From Wickerhamiella versatilis (lineage: Eukaryota): a stretch of 64,000 nucleotides of DNA. The notes beneath the pieces were generated by a model. It searched no databases. It saw nothing but the letters and a program-made list of their open reading frames with translations, and was not told where the DNA came from. The translations under genes were made by a program, and so were the position numbers. The stretch spans positions 248,001 through 312,000 of the forward strand of contig JAQOWU010000001.1 in assembly GCA_030867685.1 (NCBI GenBank), written 5' to 3'. Positions 11,144 to 22,280 of this stretch are shown piece after piece. How positions within the stretch are numbered: position 1 is the first letter of the stretch; the number at the start of each line of letters is the position of its first letter.

Positions 11144-11560
11144 ATGGCTCGCAAGGGGGACAACCGGTATGGCGCAGGATCTGATGAGGCGTTTGGTTTC
11201 CATATACTAGTATATCATGCTGCACAACAGATACCGTACGGAAAAGTAACTACATACGGACACTTGGCTTATCTTGCAGGGCGACCTGACAATTCGAGGC
11301 AGGCAGGTAGCGCTATGAAGTTTCTAACTGTTGGTGACAGTATTTACAATACACGAACAGTTCCATGGTGGCGAGTGATTAATGCCTCAGGCCATGTTTC
11401 ACCCCGCCCAGGCAGAGATGCTCACATAGAGCGGCTGCGCGAAGAAATACCAGTTACGGACAAAGGCGGGGTTAATCTGGCCCAATATGGCTGGTTTCCT
11501 GAACCAGAAGACATAGACTTGGAGGTGGATTTTGACCAATTCTATAATAACCAAAGCTGA
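11144..11560 (+). CDS. ATL1: Alkyltransferase-like protein (Atl1/YbaZ family)
   Basis: IPYGKVTTYG helix-turn-helix and PWWRV in place of catalytic PCHRV. Confidence 0.9.
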   Translation: MARKGDNRYGAGSDEAFGFHILVYHAAQQIPYGKVTTYGHLAYLAGRPDNSRQAGSAMKFLTVGDSIYNTRTVPWWRVINASGHVSPRPGRDAHIERLREEIPVTDKGGVNLAQYGWFPEPEDIDLEVDFDQFYNNQS

Positions 11561-11624
11561 TAAGGTCTTAAGTTACATCAACGAGAAACATTTTTTTACG
11601 GTGTCTGGCCTATAAGTATTTAAG

Positions 11625-12449
11625 TTAAAAAATAAACACTTGCTGGTGCGGCTTGGGCAATGCGCCTACCTTTTCCCAACCTAGTTCTGCAGCCGCTTTA
11701 CGAATTGCAGAGTTCATAGGTGGTGGCCCACAGAGCAGGAGCTTCGACCCCTCGGCTGGCGGGGGCAGGACCCTGGTGATAATTTCAGGAGTGACGAAAC
11801 CAGTTGATCCCTCCCATTCAGCAGGAGGATTGTTCAGGACATAGTGTACGTCAATCCTAGGATGCTCGGCCAGCTTAAGCAATTCATCACGCAGGAAAAT
11901 GTCTTCCTCGTTGACGTTAGCAAAAATCAAAGAGGCAGTGGTGCTGTCATCAGGGTTTGACGCAATTGCCTGGAGAATTTGGTACATAGGCGTGATACCA
12001 GACCCACCTGCAATCATACTGAGATGCTTCACCATGTTAGGTTCGTACTTGAATGCACCTTTTGGTCCCCGTACCTTGATCTTGTCTCCCAGCTTGAGTT
12101 CGCTAATGTATTTAGAGATGTTTCCCTGAGGGTACGCCTTTACCAGTAGGTCGAAATAACCCTTCACCGAATTGGTGGAAATAGGTGTATAACTTCGCAT
12201 GATCTCTTTACCACCAATATTGGCCGCGATAGAGATATGCTGGCCAATAGGCAAACCTAGGGACTGACCGTCAGCCAGCTTGAATCGGTAAACTGCCGTA
12301 TTATGTGTGAGCGTGGTCTTTTCCACAAGCTGGAATTCACGGAATTCCGTGGGATGAAGTGCGGGTCCAGCGTCTGCCTTACTGAAGAAGAAGGCACCTG
12401 CTATAAGGACTGCAACTACAGCGACAATAATACCAACTGGAAGGGCCAT
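11625..12449 (-). CDS. CBR1: NADH-cytochrome b5 reductase
   Basis: N-terminal anchor, LGLPIGQHI, RSYTP, GGSGITP, CGPPPM. Confidence 0.95.
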   Translation of the reverse strand: MALPVGIIVAVVAVLIAGAFFFSKADAGPALHPTEFREFQLVEKTTLTHNTAVYRFKLADGQSLGLPIGQHISIAANIGGKEIMRSYTPISTNSVKGYFDLLVKAYPQGNISKYISELKLGDKIKVRGPKGAFKYEPNMVKHLSMIAGGSGITPMYQILQAIASNPDDSTTASLIFANVNEEDIFLRDELLKLAEHPRIDVHYVLNNPPAEWEGSTGFVTPEIITRVLPPPAEGSKLLLCGPPPMNSAIRKAAAELGWEKVGALPKPHQQVFIF

Positions 12450-12960
12450 CGTGTAGATCGGCGATTACTCATCATCACTTAGGAAGATAGCAAAATCAAA
12501 TGCCGATTCGAAGTGGTACCTGATATACGTAGAGATAATAGTTAGTTAGGCAGGTGACTGTAGGTATAGACCATGGGCAATATTTATGGCATATGGGAAT
12601 AAACAAGGAGTAGTACGTCGGCTAGCTAGCTCATAATTTCGCACTTAGTATTGGATCTAAAAGTTCGAGATGGCCTCAGCGAAATGTCCATCACTATTCC
12701 CACCCATGGATGCTCAAAGGGCCTTATAAATATTTATATAACTGACTGGAGTGCTCGAATCCGTCATATATTAATAACCCGTTGTGTGATTCAGCTGAAG
12801 TGAGTTAGCTAGGTCCTCGTTTTTAAGCTAGGTAAACCTCAAGTGATATCGTACACACTAGCGTTTACCTGCCTCATCTATAACGTGTTTCAGTCATATA
12901 CAATTTTTCTGTGAGCTTAATTTGCCAGCTGATTTTGCGATTGTGTGTGGATAGTCAATC

Positions 12961-13887
12961 ATGGTTGGTATTGAGACAGCAAGAAATGTCGCGATGAATG
13001 TACTTCAAAAGTCAGACAGAAGTGCATTTATCCTCTCAAAATATATTGTGCCTCGGGCACATGATGCCTTTTTGGGCCTGCGGTTGTTCAATGTTGAGAC
13101 AGCTCGCATAGTTGACGGGTGTCAGGACCAACAGCTTGCGAAGATTCGTCTAGAATGGTGGAAGAGCGCAATACAGAAGATACACTCCCCACAAACTAAG
13201 GAGGAAGAGGAGCCTGTATCTATTCTCTTACAGCATGCGGTGCGCTGCAACGTTCCCGTGCCGAAGCGGTTTCTTCTCACCGTCGTTCAAACGAGGGAAT
13301 CACGGCTTCGGCTAGTTCCGTTTCGAACTATTGAGGACATGGAGAGGCTAGGGGAAGGTACAATGTCACAGATTCTCTATGCATTACTTGAAGCCTTGCA
13401 GACCCGAGAAACTTCTGAATTTTTAGCTGCGCATGCATCCCTTGATGAGCTAGTTTCAAATGCACTGGCCCATGTGGGACAGGCAACTGGTATTGCATTA
13501 TCCCTGAAACAATTCTATTGGTATGCCCAAAAGCATAATTATGTGAACTTACCTGTTGATTCTCTGGCATCCCAGAATCTGTCCCAGCAAGCCATATTAG
13601 ATTCTATTGAAGCCAAGGAGCATCCCCCCAATCTTGATGAGGTTGTATTTGAGGTGGCAACACGGGCCAACGACCACTGTTTAGCAGCAAGCAGCTTGCT
13701 AGAACAGATACGGAACGTAACTGGCAGTGCGCCATCGTCTTTATTGCTAACTCTCATGAGCATAATTCCGGTACAGCTCTATCTTGAGGGCTTGGAAAAA
13801 GCAAACTTTGATCTTCGTCGCATATCCCCCACAGACTATAAATTGCCTTGGCGTTCCTGGCGGGCATATCGCACCAAGCGTATCTAA
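12961..13887 (+). CDS. NDUFAF6: Complex I assembly factor 6 (squalene/phytoene synthase-like fold)
   Basis: LRLFNVETARI, IRLEWW, VFEVATRANDH. Confidence 0.85.
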   Translation: MVGIETARNVAMNVLQKSDRSAFILSKYIVPRAHDAFLGLRLFNVETARIVDGCQDQQLAKIRLEWWKSAIQKIHSPQTKEEEEPVSILLQHAVRCNVPVPKRFLLTVVQTRESRLRLVPFRTIEDMERLGEGTMSQILYALLEALQTRETSEFLAAHASLDELVSNALAHVGQATGIALSLKQFYWYAQKHNYVNLPVDSLASQNLSQQAILDSIEAKEHPPNLDEVVFEVATRANDHCLAASSLLEQIRNVTGSAPSSLLLTLMSIIPVQLYLEGLEKANFDLRRISPTDYKLPWRSWRAYRTKRI

Positions 13888-13950
13888 ATCTGTACATAAT
13901 TCAAAAATAATTCGATTCTAGTCAATGTTAATTTGGAAGGCGCCAGGAAC

Positions 13951-14655
13951 TTACCCAGACGGTGAGGCAAGTAACCTTCGACCCACGCATCCTATTACAA
14001 TGCACATGCAAAATACTGATGTAGCCGGCCTCAATAAGTGTTCATGCCAGTTTTCCCCGTCATATACCCATGGAGAAATGAGCTTCGCCAGGGCCAGGCA
14101 TATTACTGTGGAGAGTGCGAATCCCTGCCAGGTTTTATCAAGAACGAACCATAGGAAGAGATTTGCCAAGGACCAGAATGGAAACGCCTGGTCTAGGTGT
14201 GCTGCACCATAGACTAGGCCTAAAAGAGCCCCGAAGGCCTGCATGACCGATGATCGGCTAGCCATATTTGGCCGCTGGCCTAGCCATGCGTCAACGGCTG
14301 GGAAACTGATACCTATTAGAAGTCCTAGAAGGCACCCAAATGAGCAGACCGCGATACCTGCCGTATTAACATTGATTCTGATGTGATATTGCAGCAACAA
14401 CGTGTATGTACCCCCCAATGCAGATAGAACACTTAAACGCCACCATAACCCTTTTTGCTTCGGTGAATGTGTACTCTTGTGGCGATCGTGAGCTTGCCCA
14501 TGCATTGAACGCGTTATTTTATGCTCTGGAAGTCCAAACCTACTATATCCTGGCTTTGGGCTAAAACTCCTGACATCACCACTAATTTCTGCAAGTGAAA
14601 CTTCTGAGCCGAAAACATTTTGAAGCGCACTGCCTTCAGGATACTCGGCCGTCAT
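13951..14655 (-). CDS. INSIG family membrane protein (Nsg1/Nsg2-like)
   Basis: LANLFLWFVLDKTWQGF and SVFCMCIVIGCVGRRL; multiple TM segments. Confidence 0.75.
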   Translation of the reverse strand: MTAEYPEGSALQNVFGSEVSLAEISGDVRSFSPKPGYSRFGLPEHKITRSMHGQAHDRHKSTHSPKQKGLWWRLSVLSALGGTYTLLLQYHIRINVNTAGIAVCSFGCLLGLLIGISFPAVDAWLGQRPNMASRSSVMQAFGALLGLVYGAAHLDQAFPFWSLANLFLWFVLDKTWQGFALSTVICLALAKLISPWVYDGENWHEHLLRPATSVFCMCIVIGCVGRRLLASPSG

Positions 14656-14851
14656 GTTCTCTCTCGCCTTAGCACGAGCACACTGCAGAGGTGGTAGATT
14701 ATGTGAGCAGGGTCTGTGAGTTTTGAGTTTCGCTTTCTCTCAAAGGAAGGTCCAGACAGTTTTGGTTTTGAGGTGGGCCAGTTCCCGAAAAAAATTATTA
14801 CTTCATGTACCATTGTATAAATAACTAGTAAATTTTTACCATACTAATCTT

Positions 14852-17800
14852 CTAAGCCAGTTCTCTAATTTTTTCTGGCCTGAGGATCCAATTGCCACGT
14901 ACGGGCAATTGGCTGAAAATCTTATGTATACGAATCCAATTTTCTCTTTCGTGGGACTCTGTGCTCTCCTTGAGCTTTTCTGAGGCTTGCACTAAGCTCG
15001 CCACCTCCTTCCTTACCCGCAGCTTCAAATCTGTCAATTCGTCCCTTAGGCGCGAATGTTCATCCGAGCCTATTGCGGAGGCCGTAAGATCAGCATTGAT
15101 CTTGCTAAATTCGGCTAGCCGAGCTCCATTCATATGAGCATCTGTCAATTGCAGTGCCTCGTCGCGAGATATTTCAGGCACATCACTCAGAGGAATACTC
15201 AGAGGGTCCGTAACTTCCCGCAATTTACGTACAGCATCGGAGAATCCTTTTGGAGGATGGAATTTGGAATTTGCATTCCTCATAGCCTTGATATCTGCCA
15301 GCAATTTTTCCGCATCACCAGGGGACTGAATTGCATTCGCAACAGCCTCCTCAGATATAAGGGGTTTCAGTCTCTCCTCGTACTCCACCTTCGATGAGGC
15401 ACGAAGCTTTTCTCGGTTCTCTTGTTTTTTATATACAGGGGTTGGAGGCCGCTGTGGGGGTAATATAGTTTCGGTCCACTGGGGCTCACATACCCGGAGC
15501 TGGGACTGTATGGATGTTGCCGCGAGCTGTAAATCGCCCTCTTGTGAATTTTCACTGACGGCTGACACGGCAGCTAACAGAGCATTTCCACAATCCCTGA
15601 GGGCAGGGTAACCAGCACTAATTAGTTGTTTGATTATAACCAACGAGTTGGTCGAAGACATCCAGTTGGAAGCACCAAGGCATTTGCAAAGAGTACTGGT
15701 TAGGTCAGAGGTCCATGCGGACACCAGATTACGCCTGGCAGGAGAGTTCAAACTTGCATTTTCAAATAACGTTGCTAGAAAGACACCAAAACTCTCAGCC
15801 TCCTGGGGCGTGGCTAGGTTGACAGCCAAGTCGAGAAATTCGGGATAGAAAACATGACTTACTAGCTTGAGGTCGTTAAGCTTGGAGAAAAAAAGACCAG
15901 AGAAGTAACCATCGATAGGAGAGAGCAGGGAACGGGGGAGTACGCACTCAAGAAGAAAGCTTTCAGGGTCTTCGACCACGAGTTGACGTATTTCCTCCGT
16001 GGACTTAGCATCAACCTGCTGATGCTCATCTTTTTCGGCATGGAGCGCATTTATAGGGTACAGCTTAGATTTGAATGAAACGTCATAAACCCCCATAGTC
16101 CACCAGGTACGCCAGAGTGCTGGCATATCCAGTTCTGGACGCTGCGCTCTGCAAGCTGCAATGGCATATTTGAAAGGAACGCCTTTACTGGTCAGGCTAC
16201 TGAGGAGGGGATCTGCTGTAGAGGCCACTTCTGAAAGCTGTAACATTGTTTCGGAAGTTTCATCTAGGACATGTGCTTTAACCTTCGGCTCAAGTTCACT
16301 CGATAAAAGCTGCTTGTATCTCCTTGAAAGTAGCAACAGAAGTTCCACAGCCGCCTCAGGAGATGTACGTTGTGGGAAGAGTGTTTGCGGGCCTAAAATC
16401 TTCTCCCGGAGCTTTTTAGAACCGCTGAGTGCTTTCAACTGCAGTTTGGTCAAATTCTCCAAGGGGGTTGCACCGCAATCAGAAACCAAAATCCTTCTCA
16501 GCAAAGACAGCTGGGAATAGTCTCCACTGTGAAAGCACTTCAATAGGTATTCAATCAGTGGCGCAACGTCAAACTCACTATGGGCCGCTACGAGATTCCC
16601 GACAAAGATACTTAGCGATCGAAGCCACCTAGACTCAAATAAGCCATTTCCTTGTATACTTTGACGATTAGAGGTTAATTGCAATAGAATTACCAACGGA
16701 AGGACGTCCCATTCGAGTGGCGACAATGAGCCCGCCTCTTGAACCACCAGCTGTCCAAGCTTGTCATATGCCTCTGCTTGGCCAATAAACACACTAAAAG
16801 CAGCAACAGGATTTGATGAAGCGACTTGGAAGAGTTTGCCAAGCATTTCACGGGCATTCTCGTTCGACACTCTCTTTAGAAGGCCTTTTGTCTCTTTTTC
16901 AGCCTTAGCAACAAGCGACTTCAGGACTGGATCGATTTTAGCCGCGGAGAAGTGCCATTCCGAATACAGCGCGTACCTCTCTTCACGACTTAGCTTGGAC
17001 AAGAAATCCCAAGCAATTTCAGGGGACGTTTGGGCGCTGATGCTCGGTAACAGATATTGCCTAAAATATTCCTTCCAAAACTCAGGATCTTCTGAATATC
17101 CATCCCTCGCACGTTCGCACAGCAGGACGAAGAGTTGCTCATCCAACTGGGGAACTAGTAATTTCACGTAAACCTTGGAAAGCTCTTGAATCTCATTAGG
17201 AGTGGTTGCACTTTTCTTGAGGGTATGGTCGCCATTAAGACCATCTTCAGTCAAGCAAGCTAGAATATTTCTTGTTAAGGCAGCTCTTAAAGGCTCGCTA
17301 GCCTGGACCAGCCATGGGCGATCGACAAATATATGGTCGACAGCAGAACATGCTCCAAGATCGAGCAAAGCTGCATAAAATTGGCACGCGCTATACACTG
17401 TTTCCTCCGCTGCAGGCTCGTTAAGGTCTTCCTCGGTCTGCTCGATGGGTGCATCGAAATTTTCATCATCCTCAGCGCTTAACACAGCATTCATTAATGA
17501 CGATTCTTGAACACTATCAAGCTCATGCTGCCAATCCTTCTCTGCCTTATCAAACAACTCCTTAGCAGGCTCGAGCTGCGCCATCACCAAGGCCGGCTCG
17601 AGTACCCCAGCAGCTGCAATCTTTGTGACCAACTGACGTCTTTGGGGGGTATTCGCTGGAAATAGTCTTGCTCGAAGGGCGTATTCGATATCACGACGTG
17701 GAAAATGCTTAAGCAACTCTATTGCCGCGGTATAATTCTCAGTCAAAACTGCTATGTCCACCACAGTCTCTGCAACTCGCAAAGGGTGCAGGCTATGGGT

Positions 17801-18229
17801 CCCCACTATTTCCAAGAGGAGGTCCCAGTTGGCCTCACCAGACCTTAAAATTTCCACAATACGAGCCCATCCCTCCGATGAGCCCCCAAACGTCTGATGT
17901 AACGAAGTCTTGGTCAAATGAAAGAACATTTGACTGTTAAGTTTCCGATTCTCATCCTTAGTCCACAGACCTATATCCACCAGCCGTTGGCCTGGAATAT
18001 ACAATGCTGCATCACGCATAGCGATACCAGATCCGGCAAGCAATGATTTTAAGCTTTTTTCATCATTCACCGTGCCTGCGGCTCTGAGTAGGGCATCCTT
18101 GGCCTCTGGTCCTTGAACTACAAACGCACGGACCTTCGAAGATACATCATCACCGCCAGCGTTAGAAAGTTCGACGATATTAATGGCCTCCTCGTCCAGA
18201 GCGGGAACCTTCGTCGTCTCGAGACCCAT
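14852..18229 (-). CDS. THO2: THO complex subunit 2
   Basis: RYALYSEW, ETKGLLKRVS, SSNP..QAEAYD, FLLECVLPRSLLSPIDG. Confidence 0.9.
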   Translation of the reverse strand: MGLETTKVPALDEEAINIVELSNAGGDDVSSKVRAFVVQGPEAKDALLRAAGTVNDEKSLKSLLAGSGIAMRDAALYIPGQRLVDIGLWTKDENRKLNSQMFFHLTKTSLHQTFGGSSEGWARIVEILRSGEANWDLLLEIVGTHSLHPLRVAETVVDIAVLTENYTAAIELLKHFPRRDIEYALRARLFPANTPQRRQLVTKIAAAGVLEPALVMAQLEPAKELFDKAEKDWQHELDSVQESSLMNAVLSAEDDENFDAPIEQTEEDLNEPAAEETVYSACQFYAALLDLGACSAVDHIFVDRPWLVQASEPLRAALTRNILACLTEDGLNGDHTLKKSATTPNEIQELSKVYVKLLVPQLDEQLFVLLCERARDGYSEDPEFWKEYFRQYLLPSISAQTSPEIAWDFLSKLSREERYALYSEWHFSAAKIDPVLKSLVAKAEKETKGLLKRVSNENAREMLGKLFQVASSNPVAAFSVFIGQAEAYDKLGQLVVQEAGSLSPLEWDVLPLVILLQLTSNRQSIQGNGLFESRWLRSLSIFVGNLVAAHSEFDVAPLIEYLLKCFHSGDYSQLSLLRRILVSDCGATPLENLTKLQLKALSGSKKLREKILGPQTLFPQRTSPEAAVELLLLLSRRYKQLLSSELEPKVKAHVLDETSETMLQLSEVASTADPLLSSLTSKGVPFKYAIAACRAQRPELDMPALWRTWWTMGVYDVSFKSKLYPINALHAEKDEHQQVDAKSTEEIRQLVVEDPESFLLECVLPRSLLSPIDGYFSGLFFSKLNDLKLVSHVFYPEFLDLAVNLATPQEAESFGVFLATLFENASLNSPARRNLVSAWTSDLTSTLCKCLGASNWMSSTNSLVIIKQLISAGYPALRDCGNALLAAVSAVSENSQEGDLQLAATSIQSQLRVCEPQWTETILPPQRPPTPVYKKQENREKLRASSKVEYEERLKPLISEEAVANAIQSPGDAEKLLADIKAMRNANSKFHPPKGFSDAVRKLREVTDPLSIPLSDVPEISRDEALQLTDAHMNGARLAEFSKINADLTASAIGSDEHSRLRDELTDLKLRVRKEVASLVQASEKLKESTESHERENWIRIHKIFSQLPVRGNWILRPEKIRELA

Positions 18230-18641
18230 TCCACCACGCGAGGTTAGTCAGAAGTTATCGGACGCCGTAGCGCATGTAGAGAATCAAAATCTTTCTATCG
18301 AAGTGTAAATTACTTGTTACACTTCTCGTTCTTCTTACTGCAAATATGCTTTCAGCAAAGAAGCAATTGGACCTAATTTCTGGTATCATAAATCTCAAAA
18401 TGTTGCATTATGTGCCTTGCTTGATGATCAGCACTATCACGCGAATAATGACCTAATCACTAGCTTCAATCGGAGACAGTACGAGTTAGACCAATTCTTC
18501 TGGTTTTGTAGACAGATCAATCGAGTTTTTTCAGATGTAAACAACGCTGCACCATACAAACATATTTGTCAAAGCGCAAGCAAGCATACAGTACATAAGA
18601 TCGGGTTGGGCTCCGGTCCGCAGTTCTGACTAACACAAAAA

Positions 18642-20234
18642 ATGCTTCGTGGTCTGATGCGAGCACAGGCCCGTAGGCCTTTTATTGGGGCCTGCCGTCG
18701 TTGGGCATCCACAGGACCATCACCATCGCCAAAACCACGAAAATCTTTTTTTGCTCAATCTATGAGAGCACTGGGTGTGATAACGGCGACTGGTACTCTT
18801 ATCATCACCGGTTCAATAATCCAGGCTACCTGGTTGCCTGATCAGAAGCCACCGGATAGCACCAAGGAGAAGCTTGTTGTTTTAGGCAGTGGATGGGGTG
18901 CAGTAGGAGTACTCACTAACCTGGATACCTCACTCTATGATGTCACCGTGATATCTCCCCGCAACTACTTTTTGTATACACCGCTGCTTCCATCAAGTGC
19001 AACCGGTCTTGTTGAGATCCGCTCATTGATGGAACCTACCCGCTATGTGCTTCGTAAAAAGGAGACCGCCTCACGATTCATTGAGGGGGAGGCTTCCAAA
19101 ATTGATCCCCATCGTAAGACAGTCGCTGTAGAGGTGAAAAAGCCGCAAGGAGAAGGAATTCTATCTGCCACGACCGAAATTCCTTACGACAAACTTGTTA
19201 TTGCAGTTGGCTCAGATGTTAATACTTTTGGAATCCCGGGAATCCCTGAAAACGCCTGCTTCATGAAGGAGGTAGAGGATGCGCAGAATCTGCGCAAGCG
19301 CATTATGGATTGTGTGGAAGCAGCGAGCTTCCCTGGCATCAACCCCGAGGAGCGAAAGCGTCTTCTTCACACGGTTGTGGTTGGTGGCGGTCCCACTGGT
19401 GTTGAAGTGGCCGGTGAGATCCACGACTTTTTCGAGCAGGACTTGCGTAAATTGAACCCTGAAGCTGTCGCTGATTTCCGAGTTACATTGATTGAGGCAC
19501 TCCCCAGTGTCTTGTCAATGTTCACCAAGAACCTTATCGATTACACCCGCGAGACTCTTGAGGCTGAAAGAATTGAGGTAATGACCAAGACAATGGTCAA
19601 CAAGGTAACAGAAGATACTTGCTATGCCGATAAAACCCTTGCTAATGGGGACAAGGAGCAGGTCGCCTTGCCTTATGGTGTTTTCGTGTGGGCTGGTGGT
19701 AATGCGGTACGCCCAGTTGTGAAGAGTCTTTTCGGTGTGATCCCTGAGCAGAACACAGCTCGTCGTGGATTGTTTGTCGACGAATATTTGCGCGTCAAGG
19801 GTACCGATGATATTTGGGCTATTGGCGACTGTGCAATCGCCGGGTTGGCCCCAACTGCCCAGGCAGCGTCACAAGAGGGACTTTACCTTGGTAAATTCCT
19901 CAATACCCAAGGCCAGCGCGTGGAAATTGAGCAGAATATCCGGGACGCAACGGATCCTGCCGAGAAGGAAAAGCTCCAGAGGAGGTACAGGCGTGTCGCC
20001 ATTGATGAGAAGTTCCAGTATACCCATCATGGTGCTCTTGCCTACATTGGAGCTGAGAAGGCGGTTGCTGATTTGAGTATACTCGGGATCAAGTTCTCTC
20101 TAGGAGGTACTGCTACATATTTCTTCTGGCGCGGTGCTTATCTGAGCTATTGTCTTTCCCTGCGCAACCGTTTGCTCGTTGCTCTTGATTGGGTCAAGGT
20201 CAAGATCTTCGGCCGTGATGTATCCCGTGAATGA
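18642..20234 (+). CDS. NDE1: Alternative (type II) NADH dehydrogenase
   Basis: VVLGSGWG, SPRNYFLYTPLLPS, VVVGGGPTGVE, FGRDVSR. Confidence 0.93.
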   Translation: MLRGLMRAQARRPFIGACRRWASTGPSPSPKPRKSFFAQSMRALGVITATGTLIITGSIIQATWLPDQKPPDSTKEKLVVLGSGWGAVGVLTNLDTSLYDVTVISPRNYFLYTPLLPSSATGLVEIRSLMEPTRYVLRKKETASRFIEGEASKIDPHRKTVAVEVKKPQGEGILSATTEIPYDKLVIAVGSDVNTFGIPGIPENACFMKEVEDAQNLRKRIMDCVEAASFPGINPEERKRLLHTVVVGGGPTGVEVAGEIHDFFEQDLRKLNPEAVADFRVTLIEALPSVLSMFTKNLIDYTRETLEAERIEVMTKTMVNKVTEDTCYADKTLANGDKEQVALPYGVFVWAGGNAVRPVVKSLFGVIPEQNTARRGLFVDEYLRVKGTDDIWAIGDCAIAGLAPTAQAASQEGLYLGKFLNTQGQRVEIEQNIRDATDPAEKEKLQRRYRRVAIDEKFQYTHHGALAYIGAEKAVADLSILGIKFSLGGTATYFFWRGAYLSYCLSLRNRLLVALDWVKVKIFGRDVSRE

Positions 20235-20795
20235 ATAGATTCTACCGAAATATTCTGCTTATCTTTTTTTACTATAAATAAAACTGTGATTATTAGTTTA
20301 ATAGAAAACTCACACAACTTTCATAGTCCTCACGTACTCTGGTGCGCGACTGCCATCGTCACCACTAGGTTTAAGATGGTCCTCAATAACGGCCTCATCA
20401 GGCTAGTTGTACAGCAGCAACAGCGTTCCTTCGAAACTTACGAGAAATATGGGGTATGACCTAGACTATGATATGGTTGTTCATACCTCAAGATATAGAA
20501 TTAGACTCCTAAGCATTAGCATGTCATGTCACCCATAAGCTAAGCTAAGCTAATATATCGCCTTTCTGACAGGCGGTAGGAACTAATCGAATTGTCTAAT
20601 AATTTTTGGGTTTTAAGATATATCTATAGCTATATTCGTTTTTGTTACATGTTATTTTGTTTTATTCTTCAGCCTCCGGGGTCTGCAGATAGTATATTCA
20701 CGAGAGGATTGACGTTGGCAGTGCACGCAGTGACTAATCAATCAAGTTAGAGAGTAATTAAACTCTCTGTACCCAGAGCCAAAGGTGAGGTGCTT

Positions 20796-22280
20796 ATGTA
20801 TCAGTCCAGTGGGAATCCTCATGGTATGTCCACAAGCATTCAACCGGTGCAGGTAGACTTGTCGTCTCGGCGCCTTAATAGTGAACGTGGGACCGAGCGG
20901 ATACTAAACAATAGTGGATCTTCTGGTAATCTGGCAGCCAAGTATGAAAGATATTCATACCATCCGAAGACGTCAGATTCTATTCCCCCTCAGATAAGGG
21001 AACACATTGCTGCGCAGATGCGCAGTTCGTCCGAAGCCATGGGCGAACCAGAGGCGCATGCAATGAGTCCCCGTACCAATGTGTCGGTACAGTCAGGTGG
21101 AACAAGTTCTCCTCGCTCTTCAAAGTCCAGTGAGAACTCTTCCAAGCCGAAGCCTCGGCGAAATTATGTCTCCGCTACTTCGATGACATCGGGTAATTCT
21201 GATGATACTTTGGACATTCCCTCCTTTGAGGAGGTCAGACATAGGGCAGCGACCCAGCAGCACAACCCCGAAGTTCAATTAGAGTTTGCAAAAAAGCTGG
21301 CGAGGGCAGCCACAACACTTGCTTCATGGTACAAGGACCCTGTGAATCCCTCTACATCGCAAGTGGACGAGCGGATTGAGCAACGCAATCGCGAAGCATG
21401 GATCGCAGAGGCATACAAGATCACTCGAAGGCTTGCAGTCAAGTATATGTACCCTAATGCAATATTCTTCTTCGGGTCGTCCTACAATAGTGGTACTCTT
21501 GGTCATGAAATAGACTATGCAAAAGCCCTTGAACTATATCTCAAGGCAGCAAAGCTCGATCACCCTGAGGCCTCCTATCGTGTAGCTGTGTGTTACGAAT
21601 TTGGCGTGGGCTCTAGGCGTGACATGGAAAAGGCTGTATCGTGGTACCGCAAAGCGGCACATTTAGGGTCAGTTAGCTCGATGTACAAGTTGGGAATGCT
21701 GGCACTCCAAAACCGCAATAGCAGCGAGGGGCTCATGTGGCTCCAGCACGCAGCGGATAAGGCAAATCCAGATACCCCACATGCAGTACACGAATTGGGC
21801 CTCTTGTACGAGCGGGGACTTGAGAAGCTTGCAAAATCGGATGCCAAGGCATTGGAAATGTTCTATAAAGCTGCCAGGCTTAACTATTCGCCAGCCCAGG
21901 CTCGATTAGGCCGAGCTTATGAATTTGGTGAATTGGGCTGCGATATAGACCCTAGCCGTTCCATTCGATGGTACCGTGCTGCAGCGCAGCAGGGTGATGC
22001 GGATGCAGAGCTTGGCTTGTGCGGTTGGTATTGGACCGGTGCAGAAAGCGTTAATCTACGGCAGTCCGACACAGAAGCGTTTTTGTTTGCTGAGCGGGCC
22101 GCATCAAAGGGACATCGTCGTGCTTTGTTTGCCTTGGGGTATTTTTTTGAAATGGGGGTTGGTGTACCGGTGGATTTCCATAAAGCACGGGGATGGTATA
22201 TGCGAGCGGCAGAGAAACACCATCCAAAGGCTTTAGCACGGCTTCAAGAGGTTGAGAAACGTGGGAGAAGCTTTTCGTAG
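20796..22280 (+). CDS. SKT5: Sel1-repeat chitin synthase regulator (Skt5/Chs4 family)
   Basis: Multiple Sel1 repeats (YRVAVCYEFGVG, LGRAYEFGELGC, ALGYFFEMGVG); paralog identity uncertain. Confidence 0.8.
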   Translation: MYQSSGNPHGMSTSIQPVQVDLSSRRLNSERGTERILNNSGSSGNLAAKYERYSYHPKTSDSIPPQIREHIAAQMRSSSEAMGEPEAHAMSPRTNVSVQSGGTSSPRSSKSSENSSKPKPRRNYVSATSMTSGNSDDTLDIPSFEEVRHRAATQQHNPEVQLEFAKKLARAATTLASWYKDPVNPSTSQVDERIEQRNREAWIAEAYKITRRLAVKYMYPNAIFFFGSSYNSGTLGHEIDYAKALELYLKAAKLDHPEASYRVAVCYEFGVGSRRDMEKAVSWYRKAAHLGSVSSMYKLGMLALQNRNSSEGLMWLQHAADKANPDTPHAVHELGLLYERGLEKLAKSDAKALEMFYKAARLNYSPAQARLGRAYEFGELGCDIDPSRSIRWYRAAAQQGDADAELGLCGWYWTGAESVNLRQSDTEAFLFAERAASKGHRRALFALGYFFEMGVGVPVDFHKARGWYMRAAEKHHPKALARLQEVEKRGRSFS

